DNA from: Camelus dromedarius
Lineage: Eukaryota
NCBI RefSeq assembly: GCF_036321535.1
Contig: NC_087436.1
Location: forward strand, 68,388,001 to 68,452,000
Direction of reading: 5' to 3'
Length of the DNA: 64,000 nucleotides
Shown here: positions 23,148-36,509 of the stretch, piece after piece
Layout: each line of letters opens with the position of its first letter
How positions within the stretch are numbered: the stretch's first letter is position 1
Position numbers and translations under genes: made by a program
Notes under the pieces: generated by a model
Databases searched by the model: none
What the model saw: only the letters and a program-made list of their open reading frames with translations
What the model was told of the DNA's origin: nothing

Positions 23148-24454
23148 AGGAATATTTCTTAACCTCTCTATACATCAGTTTCCTCTTCTGTAATATCAGA
23201 ACAAAAACAGCATCTACCATACAATCCTAGGATTAAATGACTTACTATAAATATAAAATACTTAGAACAGTGTCTACCACATGTAAGTGCTACCTAAGTG
23301 TTGTTTATCATTATCTCTTACAGACATTATTTTAATAACCTCTTAATTTCATCTCTCCCAACAATTTTTTTTCTCCTACTCCAACACTAGCCTTAAGACT
23401 CAAATTTCTTCATAATCTTTGAATGACCTCCCACTGCCTTGGAATAAGATCCTAAGTCCTTAACATGATTTAAAAGGTCCCTCATGATCTAACCCTACTC
23501 CCCTGTCTAGCCTCCCCTATGCCGTCCTACCCCTACTCTCTGCTTTCACCATTTTGACCACATTAAGGCTCCTATAACACCTGGTACTTTTCAAGGCATG
23601 ACATTTAATGCTAAGTGTTGTTCACTTGTCTCCTTTCTGCTCCTCATTTCATTTAACCAGGAATTGAATGCATATCTGAATTGTTTCATTAAGAAATGCC
23701 TCCACAACAATGCGGTGCTTGCTCCCTATTTTATTTTGTATTTAACAGAATTGTTTCCCAACTGCTTCCTTATTGGTCCTTGTGTGTCTGTGTGCCAAGC
23801 AGAATCCTAGCCCCTTGCATTTAGGAATGTTTCTTATGCTGTGATATTCTCAAAGGATATCACTTGCATTTGGAGAGCTGGATCTTGGCTCTTAGCTCTC
23901 AAATTCTGCATTTCAAATAAAAGATCACTTCCGATTTTATACTGGAAACAATTCCAAGGATAGAGTGCCCTTTGCTTTAGCAGTCTCCGGGATGACTACG
24001 CTCCTAACCTGACTGGTGTGAGGATACTGCATGTATGTGTGGCAGGTCAGAGGGATATCTGAGCTACAAACCCTAAGTGATTATCCCCCTCTCTCAATTC
24101 CAATGTGTATAGAAAATTCTGGGATCAAATTTCTAAGAGTAAATGCCCTCCTCTACTTTCCATCAGCACCGAGATGACTGGGAAGGGGTTTGGTCAGGCT
24201 GTTTAAGAGCCACATTCTCCTTCCCTCTTCCACACTGTAGGCTAGCTGTCATGCCTTTGAGGATTCACCTGCCCTTTGGTATCTCTCTATGTTCCCTGGT
24301 AACTCTCTTCTTCTGCCACTGACTACTGTGCCTAATGCTTTGAATTTCACTTCCAAAGATACAAGGTTTCCATAATGTTCATTTGCAGTAAGATCTGTAC
24401 TCAGCTTTAAAGTTTTCAGGGTGCTTTCCTATGCCTTATCTCATTTCATGAGGC

Positions 24455-24548
24455 TGCATGGCACAGCGGCCAGAGAGCATGCACCAGAGCCAGACGCCCC
24501 AGTACGTAATCCTTGCTAAGCCATTTACTGGCTGTGTGACCTTGGCTG
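24455..24548 (+). mobile_element. MIR fragment
   Basis: gcatggcacagcgg...agagccagac...ccatttactggctgtgtgaccttgg. Confidence 0.7.
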
Positions 24549-26809
24549 GACCCACACCAGGTAGAAAGCAGCAGCTAAACCCTTGATTTCAGTTCATACC
24601 CCACATATAAGACAGCTTTGGCTTGTGGAAGAGATTAGGTCCAAGAGTCCTAACACCTGAAAGCCTCAAAATCAGAAGTTAGCTCTGACGCTTCTCTCTC
24701 CCCACCTTCCCATACCCATTACTGAGTCTGAGTGGCTTTCCTATTACTATGCTTCCATTATCTCCTCTCTCTCTCATCCATACGGCCACCACATTAGTTC
24801 AGACCATGACCAATTCACAACACCACCAAGTGACTCTCTCTCTCCCATCTCTTCTTTCCAATTCAACTTCTCACTGCCAAGAGAGTCGGGGAGATGAAAA
24901 AGTATAAGACACCTAACAATCCTGTAATTCATTCAAGAAACTGACATTGTGCATTGATGAAAAAACAAACTCTGTGAGGCAATAAATACAAACAAAAAGG
25001 GCAACAGGAAATCAAAGGAGGGAGAAATCACAGCTCAGGCTGTCAGGGAATACTTAATGGAGGACAGGATTGATCGGAGCCCTGCTTCCTTTCACTCATT
25101 CATAAATGTTCATCCAACAAATGTTGACTGAGCATCCACTTTGATACTGGCAATACATCTTAACTTTTCAATGCAAATCAAATACCACATTTCGTCATGT
25201 ATATAATGAGTTCTTCAAGATCCTTGAGATTGAAAATTTTATTACAAATAAAAGTCACTACCTACGCTAAGAACACCAGGAAAATAACTGTTAAACAATC
25301 ACTATATTATTTACAAGACAGTCACAAATCTAAAAATAGTAAGCATGAAGTAAGAGAAAGAAAATTGCCACCGGGGCCATAGGTGGCCAGCACAGCTCAC
25401 CTTGGAACTAAGGCCAGGGAGGATGCGCCCAATTATGTAGTCATTACACTTGCTTCAGTCTCGTCTGTTTATTAATGAGCCACTCCTTGTGTCCCACTCT
25501 CAATTTATTTTACACCAAGAAATCAAAGCTGAATGGAGTCTCACTGACATCAGCAGCTCCCCTCTGGTTCAGCAGGTGTCCACAGTGTGTTCTGACTGGT
25601 TGGTTTCAGGGCCATATCAGCGATTAAATATTTTGAAGATCACATTTGTCTAGAGACATGAGTTAAAATACTAAGACAGTAAACATCAAAAAAGCAGAAT
25701 CAAAGAACATTCTGGCCTTCACCAAAACTGGGAGTTTGTCTCCTGTTCTCCACTCCCAAAGAGCCCCTTCACTGTTCCTTCTCCTGCTCTGTAAAATCCA
25801 AGTCTCTCTCCCCTCTGTCCCTCCTCAACCAGCACCAAACTCTGCCACAGACAAAATTCCGAAGCTTAGTCAGATAAAGATAAACAACTGGTAACAATGT
25901 CTCACAATTTCCAGGGTGTCCTGCTTTTTAGAAAAGGACAAAGCCCTCCCCAAACAATAGCTATAGTAAGCTATTTATTGCATAAATGTTTATTGAATGA
26001 AGAGATCTACTGAAAGAACAATAAATCAACACCCTATACAAGACTCTTTTGGGGAAAAAGCAGGTCTTTCCAATGTCTTAAAATTATACACTTAAGAGCT
26101 GCCTATTCAATCTACATCAAAAGTCAATTTTAACAAAATCTCTTCTCACAGACTCTGTGAAGAAATGCCAAAATGAAAAAAAAAAAAAGTGAGGCCACTT
26201 TCCTTCACAAATTCTCTAGTTGTGAAACTGCACTTATAAAACATAAACATAAAGGAAGGCTTCACTTCCCTGGCTCTCCTGCTCAAGAATAGCTCTTCAA
26301 CAGCACAGCCAGAATGGCCATGGACTTACTTCCTATATTCTTTGTTGCTCCAGCTTTTCAACCCAATTCAAATACCATTTGAGTCTCATTTGCCAGAAAT
26401 GGTTTTAATAGCACTCTCTTCGGTTCCACTCATTAACAAGAGCAAAACAAGGCCAGTGCAGCTAATGTTGCATGAGGAACAAAAGCTGTAGCAGGAACCA
26501 CACGAGTTCATTTCAGGTGCGACAGGAGAAAGGGGGCTGACCGTGGAGGCCAAGGGCCAGGATCTTGGCCTGAATCTTGGCTGGGACAAGCTGATAGGAT
26601 GGGCCACAGTCGTGACAGAGACTCCAGTTTCCTATCTGCAAGGACAGACTCCTCTCCGGAAGAAAGTCTAAGCAATTTTGCACCTGTTTGGGCACCTTTT
26701 GAAGTTCCCAGACTGGTACCCAAGACATCCACCCATAATAAAATACCACCCCACCCCTGCCATTACTCTTAATCTCCCTGGTCCTGCTGAACATTTCCTG
26801 GTGAGCACA

Positions 26810-26955
26810 TCTCATGTCTCATTTCTTCATTGTCTACCTCCATCCATAAGAATGTGAACTCAACAAGTACAGAGATCCTGTTTTGTCCACTACAGTATAG
26901 CCAATGCCCGAAACGTAGCAGATACTTTGTTAAGTATTTTTAGTTGAAATGAACA
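26810..26955 (+). mobile_element. L2 3' end
   Basis: attgtctacctcc...agaatgtgaactcaacaagtacagagatcctgttttgtccact...agttgaaatgaa. Confidence 0.7.
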
Positions 26956-29143
26956 GAAAGTGCATTACCTATGGCACTGAGACAGTGCATTGTATTCTTG
27001 GGTAAGAGCTCTCTTTCTATCAAAAATAAAGCACCCCCTTTTCCATTATCACCAAAGAACTTTGACTTGGCTGAGCCTGCCCACCACTACCTTTCATAGA
27101 CTTGTCGGAAGAAGCTTTGAAGAAGGAGACTTTGTCTAGAAGCCCATCTTCACTCATCAGGCCACTACTCCCAGCTTACCTGTACCCTGGAATCAGACTT
27201 TTTTAATTTTTATATATATTTTATTTTTTTCCCCACATTCACCTCCTTTCAAGACTAGAGAGGAAAAGAAAAAGTAGAGGAAGGAGGGTGGCCCAAATCA
27301 GAGATGGTGCTACTTGACTCTACCCACCATTCCTGCCCTGTTCACCTCCATGGTACCGAGATAGTGTGATTTTGTGGCAGAATCACACACCATCCATTGC
27401 ATTCTCAATTATCATACTAGAATGAATCAGTTAAACTGTTGAGGGAAAAACTGCCCCCCAAAAGTTTGGATGGCCCATCGCTGACATTAGTTCAGATGTC
27501 CTCCAAGAGCCTTGATTTCTTCACCTCCAAGATGAAGGTGCTGTTCTACCAGAAGTTCTTTGAGGGGCCATCTGGCCCTAATATATGAGGGCTGCCTGTC
27601 TGGAAATGACACCAGAAAGTCAGAAACCAGCTTCAACTGAGTAGTGGGAGGCTTAACACCATGTTCCAGATTTGTAATGGGGTCCATTTGAATATAATCT
27701 ATGAGATTTTCAGTTTAAACTCGCACTCTCTACCTAAGTCAAATGCCATCTGAGAGCTAATTTGTGAACACAAAGTTTGGCAGTAATATCTTCAAAACTA
27801 TTATTTCAATGGAATCATTTTATATGTTAACTTTGAAAATGTCAACAGCGGGGGCTGAGCAGAGGCACTCAGGAGGTCCACACATTTGCCATTTCAAAGG
27901 CTTAGCTGTGGGGGGAGGGGGACAGGGCCTGCTGTGCTCCGTGTTCTGTATAAACGTTTCCAGGAATATTTAGCAGATAATAGAGCTCCCACTGGGGCCG
28001 TGTGTTCAAAGGCACCATGTTGAGCCACCTACCCTGAAAGATGAGGATGCCAAAGCTGAGAGTGCTCTGGATTGCAGACTGGGTCCCTACTTCCTCTACG
28101 GGACTTCTAAACACACAGAGGCCAGGGAAACCTTAAAGGGAAAGTGCTTCATGCTTGCCAGAAGCAAATAACGTCATGGTCAATGTCTGAGTAATATTCA
28201 GTAGGCTTCCATCAGGCAGCATATCTGTGAAATAGTCTGACAACTTGAGAATTGAGGGCCAGAATTCACTGCTTGCCAGACTAACACCCATCAATTTGAA
28301 AAGCTCTGAAATCCTTCTTGACTTTATGCAAGAAAATTGGTTATGGTTAAAGTGACAGTGATACTTTTTCTCCTGCATTTTACATCTAAAGACATTCATT
28401 TTTAGTTCTGAATTTGACCAGAAATTCAAAAGCAAGCAGTTACAATTAAGACATAATCATTTCAATCAATTTTATGAGGAAAGATTGTATATAGGTGTTG
28501 ATCCACTTTAAATTCTCCAAAGAATGAAACACACAAATACTATTGTACTTTGTAAGTAATAATAATGAAAACATGCACTGATTCATGTATGTTCCACACA
28601 CGTTTTCGATGACGCAAGTCTTTTGGTTAAGCAATGTTCAGGTACTGAGGATTTTTAAATATCTGAGGTCAAGTTCCTGTCATTTAGGAGCTTACAAACT
28701 AGTGTAAGAGAAATGCATGTACCCAAAAACGTAATAAACAATGCGATAAATATCATGGAGGTTAAAAAAAAAAGTGTATGGTTAGAGCTAGAGAAAGGAG
28801 TCGCCTTCCGACACTACAGGAAGACAGGTGTGCAGCAGCTTCATTACCACCTGTTGAAACCCACACCTAAAAGATCTGTGAAGGTAAATATTCCTGTTCC
28901 CTCTTAGATCGCAATAGCTAAAGAATGGTTTTTTGTTGTGAAACCTCCAGAAACGTTTTTCTTCACTTTATTTTTTTGAAGGTGAAATTCTTTATTTTGC
29001 TCTCCTCTCCCAGAAAGCCTCGAATACCACTTTTTCGTCATCTTTAAAAGAAAGCCTTTCGAAATACCAGTGTTACATCTGAGAAGCCCACCTGGGAGTG
29101 GGAGAAGCTTCCCGCTGGAAAAGTCTCTCATATGGTTGCCTTT

Positions 29144-29162
29144 TACTGACCTCTAGTGGGCA
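29144..29162 (-). promoter_or_regulatory. candidate CTCF site
   Basis: Reverse complement TGCCCACTAGAGGTCAGTA versus consensus CCASYAGRKGGCRS (one core deviation). Confidence 0.6.
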
Positions 29163-31224
29163 TATGTTGCTATGACAGTGAGAGCCAACAAATGTATACC
29201 TAGAATTGTAATCCTCTGAATCGTGTTCAACGAATTTCATCAACCATCTTCCCTTCTTCTGCCTGGATACTTACTCCCCCCCCCCCCCATTTTTATGGAA
29301 AAGTCAGCATAAACTTGGATTCAACGCAAGGTCATGATGGACAAAATACCCCTCCATACATGGACAGGCAAATAAAAAACATTTTCCCGATAGTGCTGAT
29401 TTCAGAATTTATATTAGACAAGACAGTGGACCTTAATGGCAATTATTAAAGCACGGAGTCCCATGGGGTTTCAACCAGAAATTGTAAAAAAAAAAAAATC
29501 TTTCTTTTTATACATCTTCCTTCCCAAACAACTAATTTCCCTACCCATCCTTATCTTGCTCAAAAGGAAATTACATTCAGCCCAAGTTCCAGCTCAAGAG
29601 TTTATTGCTACACAAAACAAAAAACAAAAAAAAAGAAAAAAAAAATTCTCCCTGTGATTTGTGAGGCAATTGAAAGGGGAAAATTCCCTCATCTATACCC
29701 ACCAGACACCAATCTCTTCGTTCCTCTGTACCATTTCTCCTGAACTGCTTTCCATAAAGAAGAAATAAACTTGATCTAGTAAGGCATTAATAGATTTGAT
29801 TAGATTTGTATGGCAAACGGCTGGGTCATTGTGTCAGCGAGGGTATTCTAAATGTTAATGCCGGGGCTGCTCACCACTCAACAGATTGGAAGCTGAGACA
29901 AGACTATGATAAAGACCTCAGCGTCACAAATGTGCACGATAAGATTCAGAACCTAAAAATAGATATGACCCTTAAAATAATGGTAATTAATACAATAATA
30001 TTTTTAAACTGAAGGAAAGAAAAAAGGAACATACATAGGAATTACAGGACTCAGGTCAACCAAAGGATAGAAAAATAAATCTACAGTGATAAGACTTGGA
30101 CCACTTCTTGCATGACCAATGGGTTCCAGGTAACATTAAGCCCCTAGTTCATGTCTGCCATACAGAAGAAGGCTCTAATGTTGAAATAGCACATATCAAA
30201 TTCTGTAAATTTTCTCCCTCTCTGTCTCATTCATATATATATATATATATGTATGTATCCTCTTCCTTCCCATTTGGCTGGTACTTTAAACATAGTTTGG
30301 TCTAGCTATTGGGAAATCCTGAAGCGGTCCCAGCCTAGAATGTAGTTTCCCCTCAGACAGTCTAATTACAACTCAATAAATCCATGACACAGCAAAGAAG
30401 GGCTGTGCTGTGGGTACATCAAAATTAAATAAAAACTTTGGAGAGTTTTGCCCCAGGGATTTTGTCATTCAACAAAAATGCCGACAGCAAACTTTATCCA
30501 TCTGAGGTCAAGCATAGTTTTGCTCCCACCTTGGCAGATGTAACAATAGATTGTGTAGATAGATATAAAGTATAAATAAATGTTTCCAAACAGAGAGCAG
30601 ATAACTTTTATATAGGTATAACATTTAAAACACTTAAAAACCCACTGTAGTTGCAGCAATTTTGATCTCTGGAAGGAAGAACTGCATTTTAACTAAGGGT
30701 ATTAGCAAATTAAACCTGAGAAAGCCTTTGTAAAGATCTTAGGTCCCAGAGATACTCACCCTTTGAAAGATCATTGAGTAATTATGGCTCATTATGTTGA
30801 AAGGAAGGCAGTTTGGTGAATGGTTTAAAAGGTAAGAGACCTCTCTGACTGATTTTTTAAAAATTTATGTGAATTCAAAGTCCTGCAAAAGAAGTCAAGA
30901 GGTTCACAAGTCACTTGCTTCTCTTTCAGCTTTGGAGGCAAAGGATGTAGCCTATTCTCTTCCACCCCAATAGATCTTCCTATTTATTATATTTATGCTC
31001 AATGCAGATAATTCAGGTCTTCTCTCGGGGCCACTGTTGGATTACCCAATAGCTCAACTAAGAATTTGTTTAAAATCCAAGAAACACAAGAGTGAGAAAG
31101 GGAGAGAGAAAGAGATTTTTATGAATTCACATAGAATTTAATGTGTGATATTTCATAATAAGGACCAATAGAGTTATCCTGTGAAAAAAACAGCTTTGTT
31201 AAACATCCTCACACTTGTTTTTTA

Positions 31225-31225
<1 letters not shown>

Positions 31226-31303
<78 letters not shown>
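31226..31303. repeat. compound trinucleotide repeat (ATT)14(AGC)12
   Basis: Direct count. Confidence 0.97.
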
Positions 31304-31304
<1 letters not shown>

Positions 31305-31503
31305 CAGCATTAATAGTTAAGAGCATGAACTCCACAGTCAGTCTACCTAGGAATGCATCCTAGCTCTATCATGAACCATAAAATGGGCATAACAATAGTA
31401 CCTACGTCATAGGTTTACTATGAGAAGTGAATGAATTAATGTATGAAGAGCACTTAGCATTTGACATGCAATAAATGCTGCGTAAATTTGCTATTATTAT
31501 TAT
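31304..31503 (+). mobile_element. MIR, internally deleted
   Basis: agcattaatagttaagagcatgaactc...taaaatgggcataacaatagtacctacgtcatagg...agcacttagca...aataaatgctgc. Confidence 0.8.
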
Positions 31504-32814
31504 TCTACAGTTTAAATATTATTGTATAATTTTAGTACAAAAGGGTGAGGAGGGAACACAGCCTCAAAACCTTGCTTTGCTCAGAGCTTCTCAAGTCATA
31601 CCCTGCCTTGCCCAGATAATGGCAGATTCTGCCTCTATACATAGTAAGAATTTTCTTGAAACCTGTGGAAATAAAAGGAGAAATTCTTAAAATCAGAAAG
31701 ATCTTTCAGATCTAAATGTGCCTATCTTGATCCAAAGGAAAAGTCATACACTTTAATAGCACAATAATTGACATTTAGAGTATGAAAACAACAGCTTCAC
31801 ACTGGACCTTATTTCTGGGTATCTGCTGGAATCTGTAGCAAAAACTGTGTTTCTGGCACTTAACACTGAACAAATCATAGACTCCAGCTAATGACGGTGC
31901 GTTCACACTCTCTCATGAACAGACTTCTCCAATTTTGTGCTGGAGGGGCTGTTTCCACTGCTTCTTGCTCTGGAATTATTAAGGAGAAAGAAACCTGGCC
32001 CCTGGGGAACTACTTTTTCTTGGGTAATTAACCAACACAAAGACCATCAGATGTGGAGAGACCAGATGAAATTCAAAGTGAGCCTCTCCACAGTTCCCTT
32101 GTTGGGGTTGAAAACAAATGGAATTTGGGGTATCAAGGCCAGCACTGTCTTCCAAGGCTTGGCAGCAATAATTTAAGGCTAGAAATTCACTTGTGCTTTG
32201 TAATAATGGTGAGCAGAGCAAGTGTTCTGCCCAACAATACCCCCCAAAAGCCCTTAAAGCCCCTTTTCCTGGGCCCCAGCTGCCCCATTTGAGTCTACTC
32301 CCATCTACGCCCTCTTTCCTCTTCAAACGAATGTCACCTATCCTTAGAAAGACACCCCAGGCCTTTTGGCCGTGTCTGACAAGCCTTGCTGTTGAGTCCT
32401 TCAGGCATCTCTGACTCGCTCTCTTTGGAACAAGTTCTAATGTGTTCGTGTTTTTCTAAAAGTATGATCCTGAGATCTGAAAGTGATACTCCAGGAATAA
32501 GTTGAGGAAGACGCTCTACTCTCATTGTAGGTCATGGATTTCTAAAAACCCGACTTTGCTTGAACTGACATTGTTTAACCACTTACATAGAAAGTTTAAC
32601 CATTGATTAAAATTCCAAGATTCTTTTAGAAATTCTGATGCTCACGTCATTAATGCTGATGTTTTCAGTAACTATGAGGATCTTGTTTGATCCAAGTTCT
32701 GAAAGCCCATGTTCTAAAAACCAGTTACTAGTTTTGTAAAACCAGATTACTTGCATGACATTCTGATCCTCAGTTTCATCTTAAAGTGGGATTAAAGTTT
32801 CTCCCTTTCAGAGC

Positions 32815-33197
32815 TGTATTAATTTGTTAGGGTTGGCATAACAAAGTATCACAGACTGGGTGGCTTAAACTACAGAAAGCTATTTTCTCACAGTTTTGGA
32901 GGATGGAAGTCCAAGATCCAGGTGTTGGCAGTTCTGGTTTCTTCTGAGGCCTCTCTCGGGGCTTGCAGGTGATCATCTTCTCCCTGTGTCTTCATAAGGT
33001 CATCCCTCTGAGTATGTCTGTGTCCTAATCTCTTCTCATAGGGACACCAGTCGTACTGGATTAGAGCCTGCTCTAATGACCTTATTTAACCTTAATTACT
33101 TCTTTAAAGACCCTTTCACCAAATACAGTCACATTCTAAGAATCTGGGCATTAGAATGTCAACATATGAATTTGCGGGGATACAATTCAGCCCAAAT
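32815..33197 (-). mobile_element. MLT1B-like MaLR LTR
   Basis: tgtattaatttgttaggg...ataacaaagtatcacagactgggtggcttaaac...aggacaccagtcgtactggattag...aaatacagtcacattct...acaattcagccca. Confidence 0.88.
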
Positions 33198-35371
33198 AAA
33201 ACAAAACCAAAACAAAGGTGATTGTGTAATGAAAGGAAATACTGCTGGAGTCACATGGGGTGACTCTTCCATCAATGCTTGTCAAATGCCTGATCAGATG
33301 ATGCACCTCCTTCCCCAATCCTTGACTAACTCTTCCCTAAGTTTTGTTTGTTTGTTTCTGGGTGGTGGTGGTGGTGTTTGAGAGTAGGAATTAAACCCTA
33401 ATTATTCTTAAATCCCCTCCCCACAAAGAAACTCCATAGACTCATACAAATAGTTGATCAAGAAGTTCCTCTTAAATAGAATTGAAATAAATGTAATGGC
33501 CTCAAATGAATGTTCTCTTTGCCAAGGGAAACTAAGAGCCATTACCTGGACCTCCATTCCTATCCATATTCCATACTTCTTTGCTTCCATTGCATTTATT
33601 TTCCATTCTCTCCCTTTTCACAGCTTCTGCTGCTGATACTCCTTGTCATGTCCTACAACAGGACTAACTTATCAAACATCTCCCCATCTTCTAATCTCTT
33701 TGTAGCCGTTGCCTCTCTCCCTCCCCCATGCATTTGCCAGGATGTTGAGTTGCTCTCTGTTGATGATCAGCGGCTAATTTCCTTTTTATCAGGAGTAAAG
33801 AAACCCTTAGTTGCCTCTTGCAATACCATTGGCATAATCCTGACACTAACACATCACAATGAACAGGAGGTCCATTAATAAACATGCAGTGCTGTGAAGA
33901 ATTTCACTGATCCCTCTCCAGGTCATTAAATCTATACATATTTGATGGGCAATAAAAGAGTAATGTGGAATGATAATGGCAGCTGTAGGAGGCTGCTGCT
34001 CTCCTTGTCTGCCTTAACCACAAGAAAAGACAGGAAATGATCCATATATTTTTTAAAATATGTATATATTCCACTCATTATTACTAATTTTGAATGCCTA
34101 TGCATATTTCACGGGCAACTGGTTCATAAACAAAACTCAGGCCGAGATTTCAGCATTAAGTTCTTTCAGTTTGAAGTAGGAACACGGAATCCAGTTTGAT
34201 TTAACAAGAAAGAGCGATGTGCTCCATCTAGAAAAGTTTTTGTGTTGGGGGTACTTGGAGGGCAGGTGCTAATCAAAACACATTTCTGTTTGTCACTTTT
34301 TATGGTATAAATAAAGGATGTTGCCCTACATTGATAAGATATTAAGCAAAGTCAGATCCTAATTCCAGGAACAAATCATCAAGCCCATAAAGATAAAAGA
34401 GCCTTATAAGTTTATTCTTTAAAGCTAAAAATCAAAGGAATAATTCAAGTCATACAAGACAGGTCAAAACTACTTTAGGCATTCTATTTCTATTTCTTAT
34501 CTCACAGATAAAGTCAAACATAGACTATACATCATAAAATAGAAAAGTTAAAATACCTACTGTTAAAAATTAGCAAAACTATCATAATCCTACCATGGGG
34601 GCCAGCATTCAACCAACACAGAGAAAAATACTGCAGTAAACCTTTGGCCAATTGAACATTCAATGTTTGCAATTCAAACACTCCTCAGCAATCCCAGGAT
34701 TCTATGATTTACAGTACTTTTTAATTCTGCTGAGCCTGAATTTGGATCACATCTCTCCTCACACCCCTGCTCACCAGTCTAATAGAACGAAGTGAATCAC
34801 AGAACTGGTGCGTTTACCTGGCCACTTGACATTTGTTCAGCCCTGAAGTTCTTTCTCTCTTCTCCCATTTATAGTAACTCTCACAAAATATTTTTTTTCA
34901 AAAAACATTGACTTGTTGGGAAATAGGTGAGTGTGGCTTATATTAGAACTGACCCTGAAGAGAAAACCAAACGATAAAGGTAACAATAGAGTGTTGCGAA
35001 AGATGTAACATTTGCCAGTGATTTGCAATTTTGATGGATTACGCTTAATCTGAGAAAAGTCTGAATTTGGTTGACAACTGACATGAACGCACTCACCCTA
35101 GACTTTATTTCAAATCCAAAAAAACAAAGCCTGAAACTATTTGAGTGAAAGCTTGAGCGGGAACGGAGGTGATTTATCCAAGTTAGAACAGTGACGGGTC
35201 CCATACACAGCCTCTGGAGCCAGATCTCCTGGGTTTGTTCCCGGCTCCGTCATTTTTTTTTATCAAGAGGGCTGTCGTAGTACCTCAAGTGTAGCCTATT
35301 TGATAAGAGACATCATTTTAAGAGCCCCTGACCCTGATTCACTGAACCCCAGATTCCAGTTTCAAGGATCT

Positions 35372-35866
35372 TGTGGCAGGCATTGTTGGTGCTTCCCCCG
35401 TATCCCCTCAGCCCTTCCCCAGTGCCACCTGCAACTTCAGGGGCTAGTTTCCAAACAGCAATGACTAAGTCTCCCCACCTCATGCTCCTGTGCCTCTGCC
35501 TGTGGTTTTCTCTGGCCATCAGAGCATTCTTAGCCAGAACATGCCAGAGAGGTAACATGCCCAGGAGCAATTCTCAACTAATGAAGGACAGACTATCACA
35601 GGTAACTATGCCACCTGCTTTCCCTTCAGTGAGACAATTCTAGGTGTGTTCTAAACAGTCTCTTAGGAAGTTCCCTGCAGGACCAAAACCCAGTTGTGCC
35701 CCAAATAGTAATCTGCTCATCAACATAATCTTGAGTGGCTTTCCTCCCTTCCCTGTCTCACTTCCTTGGTCTTTCACCATATTTCCTAAGATCGCTCCCC
35801 AAATAAAATACATCCACTCAGATCTTTGTCTTGGGGTCTGCTTTTGAGGAAATCAAACTAAGATAC
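35372..35866 (+). mobile_element. LTR16-like ERVL LTR
   Basis: tgtggcaggcattgttggtgc start; ggctttcctcccttccctgtctcacttcc; cccaaataaaata; gggtctgcttttgaggaaatcaaactaagata end. Confidence 0.8.
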
Positions 35867-36239
35867 AACTGAAGCACGTAAGTCTCCCAGCTTCGGGAAC
35901 TCCCATATTTTCCTTCTCCTCCACAGCACGTTTGCTGTGAAAGGCTCATGGTCAATCCCAAGATTCTATAGTTCTCAAAGGGTGAACTTTACATTCACTC
36001 TCATCTGTGTGACTAAGACACAAAACCATACCTCTAGTTCAAAGGTATCCTCGTAAGGAGTCTGAATAGCACCTAACCAAATGTTGGCTTAAACTTTGCT
36101 TTTATTGCCTCCTCTTCAAAAATTAGGCACCCACAAATTGTTATCAAAAAGTTCTATCCTTTCTCTTTCTACGTCTCATCAATAGCATAATAATGGATGT
36201 GAATTGGGGTAAGACAGAAATTGATATTTGGCCGTTACA

Positions 36240-36425
36240 TATGTATTTTAAAGGTAAGCATCGATCCTAATGTCTCATCTCTCTAAACCTAAAACAATGT
36301 TTGAGTAATGACAGTACCTACCTGAAAGAATTGATGTGAGGATTAAATATGATCATCCATGATTGGTATTGGGAATGTCTGGCAAATTGAAGGTTCTCAA
36401 ATGATGCTATGTCGTTAATATTATT
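36240..36425 (+). mobile_element. MIR fragment
   Basis: gtaatgacagtacctacctgaaagaattgatgtgaggattaaat. Confidence 0.6.
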
Positions 36426-36509
36426 AGAATGGAGAAATGAGGTTTGAGGGGATTGTTTAAACATTTCAGTTATTGTTCTTACATTTTTCATAAGAATTGC
36501 CACACTGCT

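Larger units (their letters stand above)
22400..23800 (+). mobile_element. fragmented L2 with inserted MIR (about 22990-23315)
   Basis: tcctaggccctcctctct, tccagtccagacc, gtgtccaaatgcaaactcatta, gacctcccactgccttggaataa; MIR core cttaacctctctatacatcagtttcctcttctgtaa...cttagaacagtgtct. Confidence 0.7.

Noticed and set aside
30755..30765. Minus-strand donor AGG|GTGAGT
   Set aside because: No convincing acceptor or reading frame upstream
31181..31363. Poly-Ile/poly-Ser ORF
   Set aside because: Produced by the (ATT)14(AGC)12 repeat and adjacent MIR
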